64,000 bases of DNA, taken from assembly GCF_009914755.1 (NCBI RefSeq), contig NC_060939.1; one strand, written 5' to 3'. Shown in pieces: positions 39,995 through 54,928 of the stretch (position 1 is its first letter; every line of letters begins with the position of its first letter). Source of the stretch: the human T2T-CHM13v2.0 reference genome, Homo sapiens. The position numbers and the translations under genes are program-made. The notes beneath the pieces were generated by a model. The model did not search any database. It was given only the letters and a program-made list of their open reading frames with translations, and was not told the origin of the DNA.

Positions 39995-42777
39995 TGATAG
40001 AATATCTTTGAACATAAAATACTTAAACAATGATTTTGTGTGTGAACAAGAGAAAGTTGGGTAAGATGAGAAGAAAATAAAGTCTTCATAAGGCCCCTGA
40101 AGAATTCCCAACTTCTCCAACTCTGGTGAGTGGTTTTGTATAAATGCTTACAGTCTTTAATGTTTCTTCCAGCTCTTTTGTATTTGCTTTGTAATGATAA
40201 CTAACTTTGCTTATGTAGATATTGGCTTTTCAACTAATATGTCCGAAGGTGAAGAACATGTGTAGTAATAACTACACTGCTGCAATTAACAAAATACCCT
40301 ATACATGAAAGACACTCAATATCTATATCCACTGATGGACTAATACCATAGGGAGACCACTAAGCTAGTTCTCCAGTAAGGACAAGAGTTTCTTGTCCTG
40401 AGGAAAATAGCAGGATAGAATGTGATCTTGTAATTATTGACAATTTTTTTCAGGGGCAGCATCTCACTGTTTGTGCCTAAATTGCCTCAGAAAAAGAAAA
40501 CAGTCTAAATTATTAAAACGAAATGGCAAAATCAGGTCATTGCCACTTTTCACTGTGAACTGAATGTGTTTGAAACAATAGGAACTTGAAAGGTTACTCA
40601 TTAGTAAAGATTTTATTTAATTAAAAAAGTGTCTTTGATGATCATAAAGTGATGAGCAGGAAAATCTCTGCATCAATGTCCTCTGCTGTTCCGTTTCAAG
40701 TCAAATTCAAAACATGTCAGCCATACTCATCATTCACACTCACACTCATTCACTCCACCAACGTTCACTGATTAACTACATGAACCAGGTATGCATCATT
40801 GACTTACCTTTAATTTTCAAGTAACTCATTGTTATGTTCACAGTCTGGTTTCCTTGTGTGTAATGTGAAGAGGAAAAGACATTTTCAGGATCTTAGTGCC
40901 TGTAGATAATACACAGAACAAAAGTAAGGTTTCCTCCAAATCAGAATTTATTAAGTTGGGAAACATTTAAATATTACATGATGGAAAATTATTGATTTGT
41001 AAGTAAATAAAGCATTCCAACATGACTGAAAGATTTCTCCTAGGTTAAAGATTTGGGTGATGACATATGTCAAAAGCAGATACTTTACTAATGACATTAA
41101 AACATCTAGAGAAGGAAATGGCCTTTCTGAAGAGTCATACTGAAAGTTGACTGGAAGTCACATTGAGTCAGAAGTAAAGCAGCTGGCAGTGGGTGACCAG
41201 CACAGCCAAGGGCTAGAAGGCCAAGTTCTCACAGCCAGCCCATCAGGTCCCACTGGTAGGTCTTTGCTACTGGAGGTGAATGCATCTGGTTAGCAAGGCC
41301 ATTGAAATTTGAATCATATGACTAATCTCCCATGTTCTGATTCCATACATTTCAAGCCTATTTCTCATTACAATTTAGATTCTTATTTAGATTTTCCTTT
41401 GCCGGTGAGAAAGGCTTCTTATTATATATTTTATTTTAGCATTCTGATTTACATATCAGGCTCATGTGAGCTTGGTACATGTGAGTCTCAGGATGCTGAA
41501 TACATCAATTTCAGAGCCTGCAAATCTGAAAAGGCTGTACTTTAAATTCATCAAGATGAATGCCAAACTGTGAGGTTGTTTGGCAGGCAGCCAGCTAACC
41601 TCCCCAAGCAACACCTAACCATGGTGGAGTTGCAATTGCTAGCCTTCACAGAATTTTAAAGCAATCTTGGTATAAATAATCTTACCATGTCTGTTAGTAA
41701 TACTTCAACTTTGACACTTTCTTTTTTCCTCAACAGGTAATCTAACTTCTTGGGTTTTTATTGTGTTCTATTTTGGATTTTTTTAAAGGCATAAATGGAG
41801 AAAAGTAGTCATAATTTCTGTTTCACCTTGAGATTTATTTCCTACAAATCCAGGAGGCACTTCATGCCTAACATGCAGATCTTTAAGCCCAGGGTCCCAG
41901 TTGCTACATACCCTCCTAAAACTGGTGAAAATCATCATTTTCTCACCCTAAGAAACCTCAGAATAAATAGCAGCAAAAGTTTGCGACATTGCCCCATGCA
42001 CAAGGTTAAAAACACAAGTAGGAGATCTCAATACTGCAGCTGAGAGGTCATGTAAGTGTGATAGAGCAAAAACAAACCAGCCTATACCTTCGGATTTGCG
42101 AGTGAATTCTTCTAATGAGAGATGTCAGATGCTTGTTACTACAAAATAAATGCCTTTTGGCTGCCTTTTTTTTTCTCTTCCTCCTGATTAAAAAGAAAGC
42201 AAAACTGTAACACAATTCTTAAACACATTTTTAAAAGTATCATCATTGCTAATGCTTTTTTTTTTTTACAATTCAGTTCATCACTGCAGGCAAATCCGTT
42301 TCTCATTCATAAATTCCCTGATTGTCAAAACAATGTAGATAATCGTTTATCATAATGTAATATATCCTGGAAAGCAATCATAACATAAAGAAGACTTTCT
42401 CTTATGTAAAGGACAGCCTATTTTAATATATTTTAAAGGCAAGCCCTGATTGGCTATTCACTAATTTGTTGCTATGAGCAACATAATATTTTATTTTGGA
42501 AACCTTCAGGATTTCAGTTGCTCTGCAGTTTTGTGTCTGAATTTGTGAACTATTTTCTTCTCTCTGTCTCTTTCTCAGCTTTGGTGCTTGTTGTTTTCCA
42601 GGTAGGAACATTTAATATTTTATCTAAATATATTCCTGTTTAGAATTGTAAAATAATGTATAACATCCATGAATCACATAAAGGTATGTAGATTTTTACT
42701 TAGCATGTTTGAATCCCTAGGGGCAGACAGGAAAACAAACTGGTTGACTTACCCCAGACAGAATTTATTGATAGCAC

Positions 42778-43120
42778 ATTGGTTTCCAAGGACTGCTATA
42801 ACAAAATACCATGAACTAGGTTGCTTAAAACAATAGAAATTTACTATCTCACAGTCCTTCCTTGCCTCTCCCAGCTTCTGGTGTTTCCCAGCAATCCTTA
42901 TCCTTCCTTGGCTTGTAGATCGATCACCCCAATCATTGCCTGTGTAGTCACGTGTCATTCTCACTGTGTATTTGTGTGTTTCTTCTCTTCTTATAAGGAT
43001 TCCAGTCATATTGGATTATAAATCCACTCTAATTTAGTATAACCTTATCTTAATTTGATTATATCTGCAAAGACCTTATTTCCAAATAAGGTCACATTTA
43101 CAGGTACTGAGAGCTAGGGA
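42778..43120 (-). mobile_element. MLT1C-like LTR
   Basis: ctgctataacaaaataccat..gcttaaaacaa; tctgcaaagaccttatttccaaataaggtcacatt. Confidence 0.85.
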
Positions 43121-43554
43121 AGTTTGAAGATACTAAGTTGAGAAGGCTAAGATCCAGGAACATGCTGGGCAGCACTTGTGGCTGAGTTGTGTGACGTCTA
43201 GTCTTTTGTTTATCCAAGAATCAACGTTGCAAGACTGTCATCTGAATAGCCAGGCTTGGATCACATGTGCCCAACTCTTGACAGCACTGAGGCAGGAAAC
43301 GGGAAATTCTGTCTTCTTCAGCTGCTATATTTTGAGGAGACATCTGAGTTAGCTCTCAATAGGGAAGAAGCCATGCTCCAAAAGGAGCCAGCTGCTGTTA
43401 AAAAGGGGGAATGAAGTCTGGGCTGCCAAAAATGAAAGAATTCTACCTTACCACTTTTATGACTGCTTATAAATCAGATATAACAAAAAAATTAAATTCT
43501 GCAGATTCACCACAGCTTGACTGCATGACTTCAGGATATACAAAAAATCAGATA

Positions 43555-43905
43555 TACAAGTCAAAAATCACTTGCCTAATACCTTTGGGCCCACATGCAT
43601 TTCAGAATTTAGAATTTTTCAGAGTTTAGAAAGGTAATATGATGCACATACCATTTGTAACATCCCAGCAGGGTGTGCAACAGCATCCCATAATCAAATG
43701 TATAAATATTTCTGCAGTGAATTTTTTAAATATTTATACTAAATGATAGAAAAGACCAAAAATAGCCTCATGCCAGTTTAGTTAGGTTTGGGCACTAAAT
43801 GAGTTGAGGTCAGATCAAGTTTTACAACCAAATTAGATGTTTCTAAAAATTGGAGGTTTTCAGAGCTTTCTGGATTTCAAAACTATGGATAAGGGAATTG
43901 TAGAG
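43555..43905. mobile_element. MER46C-like DNA transposon
   Basis: tttcagaatttagaattttt...ttttcagagctttctggatttc...ggataaggga. Confidence 0.6.
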
Positions 43906-44659
43906 TATACTTTTTCCTGAAGTTCGCAAAGTCATGAAAGCTAAGCAAATCTAAGTTAGGCCAACAGTAAAACATACAGGGTAATTCTACTATAATCTAC
44001 AACCTACATCTAAACTTAATCTACAATCTATAATCTGCTCTCTAAACTCTCAATCTAAGATCTCAATCTATAATCTACAACCAGTATATAAACTCAGCAT
44101 ACGGTCAGTATATGCAGTCTTCAGTTGTTGTCATGTGGCCTTGGGCCCATGACATAGCCAAGGAAGAAAAGTGAAAACCTGAGAAAGAGCACTTGTCTTC
44201 TAAATAGGTCATTTAAGGATATGTTCATGCCATACATCATTCAAATGGAAGTTAGATATCTTCATATTAACTAAATTCATACCTGTAATGTTAAAATTTA
44301 GAGACCTGTAGTTATTTCTTTTTGTGTGCGTGTATTGTCATCATTTTTTCTGACTATAAAAGAAAAAGTAATCTCTGTAAGTCAATTGCATCTCCATTGT
44401 AAAATAATCCAATTTTATTCTATGAACATTATTATTACGTGGAAGAAGGAAGAGAAATTACTTATGACCAATATCAGAATGGTTTGATTTTTCTTGGTTC
44501 TGCCTTTGTTTTCAGTAGTCCATACATTGTCCTGCTCAGGGTATAACAAGACCCAAGTCACAAAAGGAAGAATTATAGTTTGTCTTTGAGAAATAAACTT
44601 TAACAAAAACTATTTTTAAATATGTTAATTCCTACTGAGAAAAACAAAGAAGTCTGAAA

Positions 44660-45960
44660 TAAATAATATCAGATTCATGAATCTGAAGACTTAATGTTGT
44701 TAAGATGTCAGTTCTCAACAAATTGGTCAATAGACTCAATGCAATCTTAAGCAAAATACCAGCAGTGTTTTTTTTTCTAGAAGTTGATGGGTTAATTCTG
44801 AAATTAATATTGAAATGCAATGGACCTAGAATAACCGAGACGATTTTGAAAAAGAAAAATGAAATTGAAGAACTAATCTACCTAACTTCAAGACTTAGTA
44901 TAGAGCTTCAGGAATCAAGGCAGTGTGCTAAATAGACACATAGATCAATAGAACAGACTAGAGAGTCTGGAAATAGACCCAGACTTAAATGCCAACTGAT
45001 TTTTGACAAATGTGCTGAGGCAATTCAATGCAGAAAACATAGGTATTTCAAAATATAATGCTGGAACAACTATACATTTATAAGGAGAAGGAAATCTAGA
45101 CCCCCTGCCTCACACCATATGCAAAAATTAACTCAAAATGGATCAGAGCCTAAACATGAAAGATAAATTTATGAAATTATTTTTTAAATAAGACAAAAAG
45201 ATTATTTGATCTTGACAAAGATTTCTTAGATAAACCACAAAAAGCATGTATCATGATAGAGAAATGATAAATTGGACTTCAATGAAATGAAAAACTTCTG
45301 TTCTTTGAAACACACCACTAATAAAAAGAAAAGGCAAACCATAGCCTAGGAGAAAATGTTTACAAAACATATTTGACAAAGATTTGTATCCAGGATATGT
45401 ATTTTAAAAACACTTACAACTCAGGGGTTGTAAGAAGACAAGCTCTCTAGGTTTAGAAGCTGGGCAAATGATTTGAACAGGTACTTCACAAAAGAATATG
45501 TACAAATGGCCAATAAGTACGAGAAAAAGTGTTCAACATTATTAGTCATTAGGAAAAATGCAAATAAAAACCACAAAATATACACACCCATTAGAATAGC
45601 CAAAGTTTTAAAGACTGACAATATCGAGATTTGGGGAGAATATGGAAAAATTGAAATTTTCATACATTGTTAGTGGGGAGGTAAAACGGTGCAACACTTA
45701 GACAGTTTAAAAATTTCTTAAAATTTTAAACATACATTTACCCTATGATCCAGCAATTCCACCCTTGGATATTTATCCAAGAGAAATGAAAACATGTGTC
45801 AACACAAAGACTTGTAATGAACATTTATATGAACTTAATTCATAGTAGCCAAAAACTGGAAACAGCTCAAACATCCATCAACATGTAAATGGATAAACAA
45901 ATTGTTGTACTTTTCTCTTAAAATTGATTCATTTTTATTGTATGTAAATGACATCCCCAA
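44660..45960 (+). mobile_element. L1M ORF2 3' portion
   Basis: ORF-track peptides MSVLNKLVNRLNAI... and MNRYFTKEYVQMANK... are decayed L1 ORF2. Confidence 0.88.
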
Positions 45961-46255
45961 ATAGTTGATTTTTTTCAAAAACTGTATTAACTCTGATTAC
46001 TGAGACTTTAATGCTCTGGTGCCAGGTAGGGACTATCCTTAATACTGCTCTGGTAGGACCATTTTTTTAGGTCAGCGGTGTTACTGATAAATATGACATT
46101 CACATTTGAAGTATTTATTTGAAATATTTGAGAGAAGCATTGTTTAGAAACATTGTGAACATTAACAAATTGAAGTGAATTGTGCATATTATCATAATTA
46201 AATGAAGAAAAATTACATAAAAGCAATCCCCACATTTAAAAGTGAGCTTAGAGAG

Positions 46256-46700
46256 TGTCTTAGTTTCCAAGGACAACTATAACAAAATACCACAAACTGA
46301 GTGGCTTAAAACAACAGAAATTTATTGTCTCACAATTCCAGAGACCAGAAGTCTAAAATCAAGGCATTGGCAAAGCCACTCTCCCTCTGAGAACTGTAAG
46401 GGAACCCTTCCTTGCCTCTTCTAGTTTCTGGTGGTTTGCTGACAATCTTTAGCATTCCTTGGCTTGCAGCTTCATTACTCCAATCTCTGCCTTTGTTATC
46501 ATGCGTTATCTCCCTGTGTATCTCTATCTTCAGATGACCGTTTTCTTATAAAGACATCAGTCACGTTGAATTAGTGGCCCATGCTGTTCCTTTATGACTT
46601 CATCTTAACTAATTACATCTGCAATGACCTTACTTCCAAATGTAGTCACATTTTGAGGTACTAGGAGTTATTTGGAAGGGATACAACTCAACCCATAACA
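46256..46700 (-). mobile_element. MLT1C-like LTR
   Basis: ataacaaaataccacaaactgagtggcttaaaacaacagaaatttatt...caacccataaca. Confidence 0.88.
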
Positions 46701-46784
46701 ACTGGTAAAAATGTGGAAATCACCCGTATTTTCAACAGGACAAGAGAATCTGGTTCTCTCTCTCATTGACCAGAGGTAAGTGAT

Positions 46785-47660
46785 TTATTAATTCATTCCA
46801 TCACTTATTCAGTAATCCATTCCTCTATTCATTAATTTAATAAACATTTATAGAACACCTACAATGTGTCAAGTCTTATGCTAGACACTGAGGATGCAAA
46901 GAAGAATAACAAGACCCTACTGTTGTAGAACTAGGGTGTCATCAAGGTAAGAGACAAGTAAACAAATACTTAAAATACCTGTTGGATATGTCATCATGAA
47001 AACTTATTCCAAGTTGCAAGGTGGCAGAGAGAAGAGAGTATTTATGCCTGGGCATTTCTGAAAGATAATAGCATTGGAGCTGAGGCCTCCACAAGCAGCA
47101 GTCTTTCTCTAGGAAATATATGGACAAGGGTTAGGGCACAGAGATTGTTTTTTCCAGGCAAAGAGAATAGCATCAAAATGACATGGAAGTGTGAAAAAAA
47201 ATACAGCATGTTCAGGACATTATTAGCAGGTCAGCATTATTGGGTGGCAGGTTGCATGGGGTTATGAGGAAGGGCAGTGAAAAAGCCTAGAAGAAAATCT
47301 GGGGTCAGATAATAAACAGCACATGACAGAAATGTAGATGTTAGTCTACAGGAAGTACAAAGCCAATTGAAGATTTTTAAGCAAGGAAGTAATAATAATA
47401 TTTGTATTTGTAAGCAGAGAAATAACAACCATACTCATGGAGGTGGAATTTATTAAAATGAGAGTCTAAAAGGGAGGCCAATCAGATGGCCTACCTGAAT
47501 TAAGGCAACGGCAGGAGAACAGAAAAACAAGGAGTGGCTTCAGGAGATATTTAAAAGGAAGACTGAATAGAAATGGTGACTGAAGAAAAGGGAGAATTCA
47601 GTAATTTAAAGCACTGAGTGTAAAAGAGGATATGGGGAAGAAAATGACATTTTTCAAATT
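46785..47660 (-). mobile_element. L2
   Basis: (attc)n tail, taaacattta..acctacaatgtgtca; attgaagatttttaagcaagg. Confidence 0.7.
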
Positions 47661-49088
47661 TGGATTATTTATTTATGTTCCTCTTTGTTGTATAAATGGA
47701 TTTGGGGGTGCCTTGCCGGGGTAGAAACATTACAAAATGTTTGTTTAAAAAATGAAATAAATGAGGAAATGAAGGTGAAGAGAAGTAAGTTGAAGTCAAG
47801 ATTAAAATTAGCACTCAAAATGCATGCTGTATGATGTATATGATTACTTGAAGAAAGACTGATTTGGCTTGACGTTTCTGAAGGGCGAGAGCAAAGAGAG
47901 AAGTTGTCTCAGTGCAAGATCCACATTGTCCTGAGGATAAAAATAAAGACCCAGCTTTCTCTGGCACTGAGAGTGGAGAAAATTTCTCCTGTAAGACAAG
48001 GGCCAATGTTTACTACCCATCAAGGTGAAAGAGCTACCAAGACAAGCAGACAGATGAAAATATGAATCCAGAATTCAAGAGAGAGGCTGGGCACCCCAAT
48101 TCCAGACTTGGAAATCCTTGCCACTAGGTGCTTGTGTTCTTCAAAATTTTTCACTGTTACCTCTTACACCACCACAGGGATTTCATTAGCAGTAGAAAGC
48201 ACATTTCCTTCTGTTAAAAGTGAGAATATTGAAGATTATCAGGTGAAAGACTACACCAAGACAACTGTCACTAGGTCGTGTTTTCCCAAAGGAACTTCAG
48301 ATGATTCTAACACCTCAATTTGCATGGTGCAATTCAATGTGAGAGTCAGAGTGGTACCACTCCTAACTCTACTTTTGCACTTAAAACTGTCCAAGTTCCA
48401 CCCACAGTCAGCAACAAAGGTGTGTACTTGTCCCTAGTGTGTGGAACAATGACTGAGAAGTCTGTTGCCAACACTCTCTTTAATGTTGTACGTGTGTGTC
48501 AGGTTAATTCAGTCCTGAGCTAATGATATCAGAAAAAAGAGGCAATATTTAGCCATGACCAAAACTTAATTTTAAGATAACTAATGTTCACCATATGCTC
48601 ATCCATGCTTCCTTGAAAAGTAAGAAAAACTTTCAGGTTTTCCCTGTTGCTGACTTAGAGAAAGAACATGTATGCAAGTGATTTAAAATCTTGACTAACT
48701 CCATTCCCCTGTTTGGACTTACAGCTATCAGCCTCACAAACAAAATCAAAGTACAGACTTTGGAGAATCCATATGCACTTTAAGAGACATTTAAGGGAAT
48801 TCATTACTGCTGTTTAACTTTTTAAGCACATCCTGATGGCATCTGCCTAGAATTCCCCCAGAAACCACTGGGTTGAAATCTTTATCAGTTTCATGTATAG
48901 TATCTCTGAAACCATCTGGTTCTGAACAGTTTAGAGGACAGAGTCAAGCAAGATCTTTCTAGTAGTTCTCTCCCTTTTGATTATCTAAAGTGTTTTTCTC
49001 CTCACCAAGTAGAACATGTCAAAGCTTTCATGTTATTCTATAGTGGTTCCTGACTTTATAATATGGTGCTTTGAAATATGCCTGCCCT

Positions 49089-49425
<337 letters not shown>

Positions 49426-52400
49426 TTAGATGGGGTTTGCACTTACAATTAAAACACATAACAATAATATCCATTTGGCAGTATGTCTTTATGCTGCAAT
49501 GCTACTAATTTTTTTACGTTTCCACCATGAAGAGAATAGAAATTCAGCTTCTCTATCACTAAGTAATGAGTTTCAAAGTCAACAAAAGGATAAAATATTG
49601 ATACCCATTGACATCTGAGCTTACAGACCTTTGCTTCCTTTCTAAAGCAAAAATATGTTATTAATAAACAGTTATACAGGCACAGCATGGAAAATAAATT
49701 TCAAAGAACAGCAGTGTAAATGCTGTATTTTGCTTTCAGGTTCAGTGGATTTTTATCTTGAGTAATAGCTTAAAAGATTAACCAGCTATTCATTTCATAA
49801 GCTTGAACACACACCTCACAGTAGAAAACAAATTGGCATTTGGAGTTCCTGAATAAAGTGCTATTCAAAGTGGCTCCATAGGCATTAAAACATAGAGTTA
49901 GTTTTGTGAATGCCATCAGTGAAAAATCTTTCTCGTGTAAAGAAAGCAGTAGGAATAAACTTTAAGTCAAAGGCAAGTTCTTCTGGTCCCTCATCCACAA
50001 TGTTTATCCCAGTGGGATATGATACACTCTGTGCAATTGCTATGTTCCACAATAATTATAAAGAGCAATAACATGTGATATGAATAGAACATGTAACAAA
50101 GAACAGCAGTAGATGGTAAAATAACCACTGGTTATGTCAAAACTAATAACTTATTTTGCTCATGCAGAGTCAATGAGTTAAGAGGTCAAATGAGCCCTGT
50201 TGTTTAAGCCTAATAGTACACATGGCTTTTCTGGTTCATCATTTTCAAGTTCCTTCAGAACTGTTTTAAGGATTATGTGAAATCGACTGGGTTTCATCAA
50301 TGGCTTAGGTAAGAACATGTGCTCATGTTTTCGAAAGTAAGGTCCAAGATATTCAATGTAAGCATTTGCCTTTTTGCAGCTTCTGGGAAGATGTGGAGTG
50401 TTATAAGACCCCTTGTCATAAATATAGCATTCACTATCATAGAAAATAGTATCCATCTTTCTTAGGAATGGAGGTAGTTGTACAATATGACACCCAACAC
50501 ATCTTTAAAATGTTATGTATCATAGTGTACTTTTAAAAAGCAGTGTACTTCTCATTGATCTTCCCATTTTACTTGGATTTAAAATGCAGATCTTTTCCTC
50601 CTTTTGAAATCTTTGCATTTTTATTCATAAATGTATAGGGGGAATCCATGTCAGACATATGCAGCCTCATAAATTATGTTTGGTAGTTGAAACAGTATGT
50701 ACTTATGTCATGGATTGAACATCCTCCTTTATTAGAATGCTATTTATTGCCACCAGCTGCACTGCTTAGCTAAGAAAGTTCTTGACACCAGCGATTGCTT
50801 TTCAGCACCACTGCTTCCGGCTGCTAACAGGGGCTTCTATTTCCAAATGAAGCCACCCCTCTGAGCTCTTCCTTCTGCTACATAGATACCTCCTGTCATC
50901 GTGATGTTGGAGAATCGATGGGGGATGGGACTGCACCCACCCATGCTCTATGATCTCCCAGGCTGTAAATCTCTCACGGCTTTGAGATTTCTCACCTAAT
51001 AGCACTGGCCTGAGAGCTGTCACATGCATTCAGGGAATCTACCCAACAGTAATGGATTTTTCAAAATTAAGATGTGAATTTAGCTTGTGAGCAAAGGGTG
51101 TTTCAGAGTCACTGGCGTGTATTTCAGAAGAGAAGCATGGTGCATATCAGCAGTAGACACTGGTCTCTATTTTATTACATTTTACAGCAGGGAAAACTAG
51201 ACAAAGGTAATTACTCTTCTTCTGTTAAAGACTATTATTACACTTGCATGAACAGTTAACCCTGCTGTTATTTTCTCTGCTGCCTGTGTCGATGACATCC
51301 AGACCATCCAAGCAGGAAAGGTATAGAAATGGGGGTCTCAGCTCATTTCCAATTGCACAGTAAGTCCACTTTGAAAGGTAATCTTCTAAACCACAAATGT
51401 GTGTACCAACACACAAGCTCGTTCCATTATTTGTTGACGGAATCTTTGTCCGTGTCTTCTGCATGCCAGTTTGAGCACTGGCTCCTTTTTATAATGTTTC
51501 CACACATAATTGGGCTCCCAGAGCCCACAAAGCTAACAGCAGCAGTCAGTGACAGGAGGAGACCTCCCTCTGTTAACATGGAAACAGAATTTCCTTGCTC
51601 TCCTCTAGAAAGGAAATTCCCTCTAGGTCAAGGTTGAGGCTGTCTGCAGTGTGGGGAGGACGAGATTACACAGAAGATTCCTTAACCTGTGGTCCTGGAG
51701 AGCTCTCTTGAAGTGGTGTCAGGCCCTCAACCCTTCATAAGCAGCAAATTTCTCCCCTTGACTAAACAAGAGGACAAGCAGAAAATTGATTTCTAGACAT
51801 TACCTTTGAGATACAGACTGAAAATTCGAACTTCAGGGCACTTCTTGCCCCAACCAAAAGCTCAGGCAAAGAAAAGCCCTACGTGTCTTCCATTTCAGGT
51901 TTGGAATTGCAGCTGTTAAACCTAAGATCTCATTTTCAGAGAGAGTCACTCTCCTCATTAGATTTTGCTTCTCATTCAACAAGGGACTGGCTTAAAGCCA
52001 TGCAGTTGTGTGGCCATTATTCACAATAACTTTCACCTGCGTTTCACCAACTACTCGGCGACAGGTATTATTATCTCCATCATGACAGGACAGAAACCAG
52101 AGCACAAGATTGTCACCTCTGATTTCCCAAGTGCCATCCACTGTCTCAGAGGAGCTGACAAGGATGCTGGACACTCAACTTGATTTTTTGTTTGTTTGGT
52201 TTTGTTTGGTTTTGCTTCTGCTTGGGCCAGTCTCAATATCAGGTTGAATAGAAAGAGCAGAAAGGATAACCTGGATTCAAAGCATCACATGGAAAATGGA
52301 AAATGCTGAGTTAAAAAGGAGGCTGGATGCTGGTGTCTGTGTGTGTCCGGAAGGAGTGACCAGAGACTCTCAACTTCCTACATGTTGGCCATTTAGAAAA

Positions 52401-53564
52401 GAAAGAAAAGGAGAAATGGTGTTTTGGTACTATTACTAATCTCTTCTAAAAAGTAGATAATTAAAAAGAAAAAGCACTGATATTAGGTGATTTGGTAAAA
52501 TGCCCCACGTGCATATGTGCTCTTTCATGAGGTTGAAAGTGGGTGATATATTTTAAACAATTAAAGAACAAAAATCAAGTTAAAAAAGAAGATTACCTAG
52601 AAAAGGCAAACAACACTAACACCAGGAATGGAAACTCAGAACGTAGTTGATTATATTGCCTGAGGAAATTAGAAGAAATGTGGTTACCATCTTCTTTCAG
52701 GATGATCTTTTAATTGAAATGTTGAGTAGCTGAATCTGACCCACTCAATTAATATTCATTGGTGATATCTACCACATATATTTTGGGTAGAAAATATGGA
52801 AGTAAAAATTGTTTTAAAAAAAGAGAAGTTTGAGCCTGTTTCCTTCTGTCTTGCGGCAGTGATTTTAATTTATTCTGTAATAACCATTCAACAAATATTC
52901 AACCTGTACCTAATAAGGACCAGGTATTCTACTACTTGCTACAGATCTTTAAATTCTGAATTTCTAAGATACTGTCCTCAATTGTAACTGTGACATACAA
53001 AAAATGTTGAATGCCTATTGAACTGATTATAGGAAAGTCTACCTACATTTGCTACATGTTTTAAGGAGCTTTTCACTAGCATCTACATCCATTTGCATAA
53101 CTTTTCCTAGATTTCCTCAAGCTATTGTAGTCTTCCTACTATCCATGTAAAATTTCCTCTCTTTATCATTTCCAAATGGGTTTGAGTTAGCTATTTTGTA
53201 GAAATTAAATAAATTATAATTACCTACTAGCTGTTATTTATCCTATCTTTATCAAAGAAAAAATAGTTATTAAAGAACAAAATCTAATTTTCACTTCAGG
53301 AAAATGAACACTTGTGAATAAATCAATTAATTGATACTCCAATGTTTTGCCAGAAATTCTCCATTTGTTATATCAGATCAGCAGAATAAACATCACTAGA
53401 TGCCACTAGTAATTATCATTCATCTCAAATGAACCCAGTGGAATTAAGTGACTCGACCCACAAGATTTTATTTCAGTTGCAAGAAAGTAGAATAAGCAAT
53501 ATCAGCAGTTATACTAAACAAAATAACACAGAACAATCAAAGTCAACTTAATGCACCCGGCATC

Positions 53565-53745
53565 CAGAGCTGGACTGTAAGTCGAGATTCTGGCTTTGCT
53601 ATTTACTACCTGTGTGACCTTTGGCAAGTAACATAACTTCTCAATGCCTCATCTGTAAAGTGGGTATAGTAGCTTAGCACATAGAATTTTCCTGAAGAAT
53701 AAATATGTTTTATACACACTAAACACACAATAAATGTTAGCTATG
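53565..53745 (+). mobile_element. MIR
   Basis: ctgtgtgacctttggcaagt...ctcatctgtaaagtggg. Confidence 0.7.
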
Positions 53746-54787
53746 TTTATTATGTCAAAAATATCATTTTAAATGAATGGATATAGAAGAATTTGCAACT
53801 GTCTTTTGCTTAGTAGTAGCATAAGACATAGTTTACACCTCTATACCATTATTTAATACATTAACTTGGCTTTCCTGAGTAAATGAATCTTTTTTTAAAT
53901 GTTACCCTCTTGTTTCATTTCACTGCTTATTAAGACCAAATACTCACATTATCCTCACTTAAAGAGCTCCTAAAAATCCCTCTTCCCCCACCAGAACATT
54001 GCCTGACTTGTATAAGTAAGATTATAAATCTCTTTCCCCTTCAGTTTCAACAAGCTACTTATACAACACAAACACGGAGCACACCAAAGCTTGTAAGTCA
54101 ATGTTTACATTACATCCTAGTGAATGCTTTTTTCAATGTGCAGTTTAAAATGTAGGCTTCTTGCCAGGGCAGGAATTTTGTCTGCTTCATGTGTTTTCTA
54201 GGTTCACACTTGACCGTGGTTTGGCATAGGAAGAATATTTCTAGACTGTTTTGTGCTGCATATCACCCAAAAAAAAGTGAGGGTTGGGGAGAAGAAAACC
54301 AGAGAGATATTTCTTTCTTAACATCTCAAGAAGTGAGCCTGACAGCAGCCACAAGAAGGAGCCAAGGAGAAAGAGCACAGCTGCAGGAGGGATGTCTCCT
54401 CTGTCAGTCTCCAAGCCCTGGCACCCTTTCAAAGAGCTGCTGTCTGCGTTCATAGTAATCAGAGTTGTAACACGGAAGAGAAGTGGAGGCAGGTCCACCT
54501 GAGAACTGTGTATGTGAAAAAGACTTCAACCTGATCCCAGTGCTAAATTAGATAAGTGCAGCCACCAGGATGAGCACTCTGCCTCGTCATACTCCCAGGA
54601 CAATTTTGAGCCTCCCCATCAGTGTCAAATTACCTGTATTGGTGCTTGCTGCGGAAAGTTATAAGGACTTCATCATGCCTTTTCTTTGGGGTAAAAGTAA
54701 TTTTAAAAGAAGAAGAGAAAGTTAAAAGGAAAACTTGAGACCTCAGAGCCATAAGGAAAGTGCATAGAAATATCATCATCTAAGAAG

Positions 54788-54928
54788 ATGGTTTTCCAAT
54801 TTGACTACACACTGAAATAATCAAGGGAGCTTTATATGTACTAGCACTGGTTCCCTCCCCAAAGGTTTGGTCTGGGGTGCAACCTGGTCATCAGGATTTA
54901 AAGCTCCCTGTGTGGTTGAGAAACACCA
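54788..54928. mobile_element. MER5A-like DNA transposon
   Basis: tggttttccaa...ggtctggggtg...aagctccc..ggttgagaaacac. Confidence 0.6.

Noticed and set aside
40379-40399. Perfect 9-bp inverted repeat aggacaaga-gtt-tcttgtcct
   Set aside because: About one such hairpin is expected by chance in 64 kb
44705-45673. ORFs resembling reverse-transcriptase protein C-terminus
   Set aside because: Fragmented ancient L1 ORF2, already explained as a repeat
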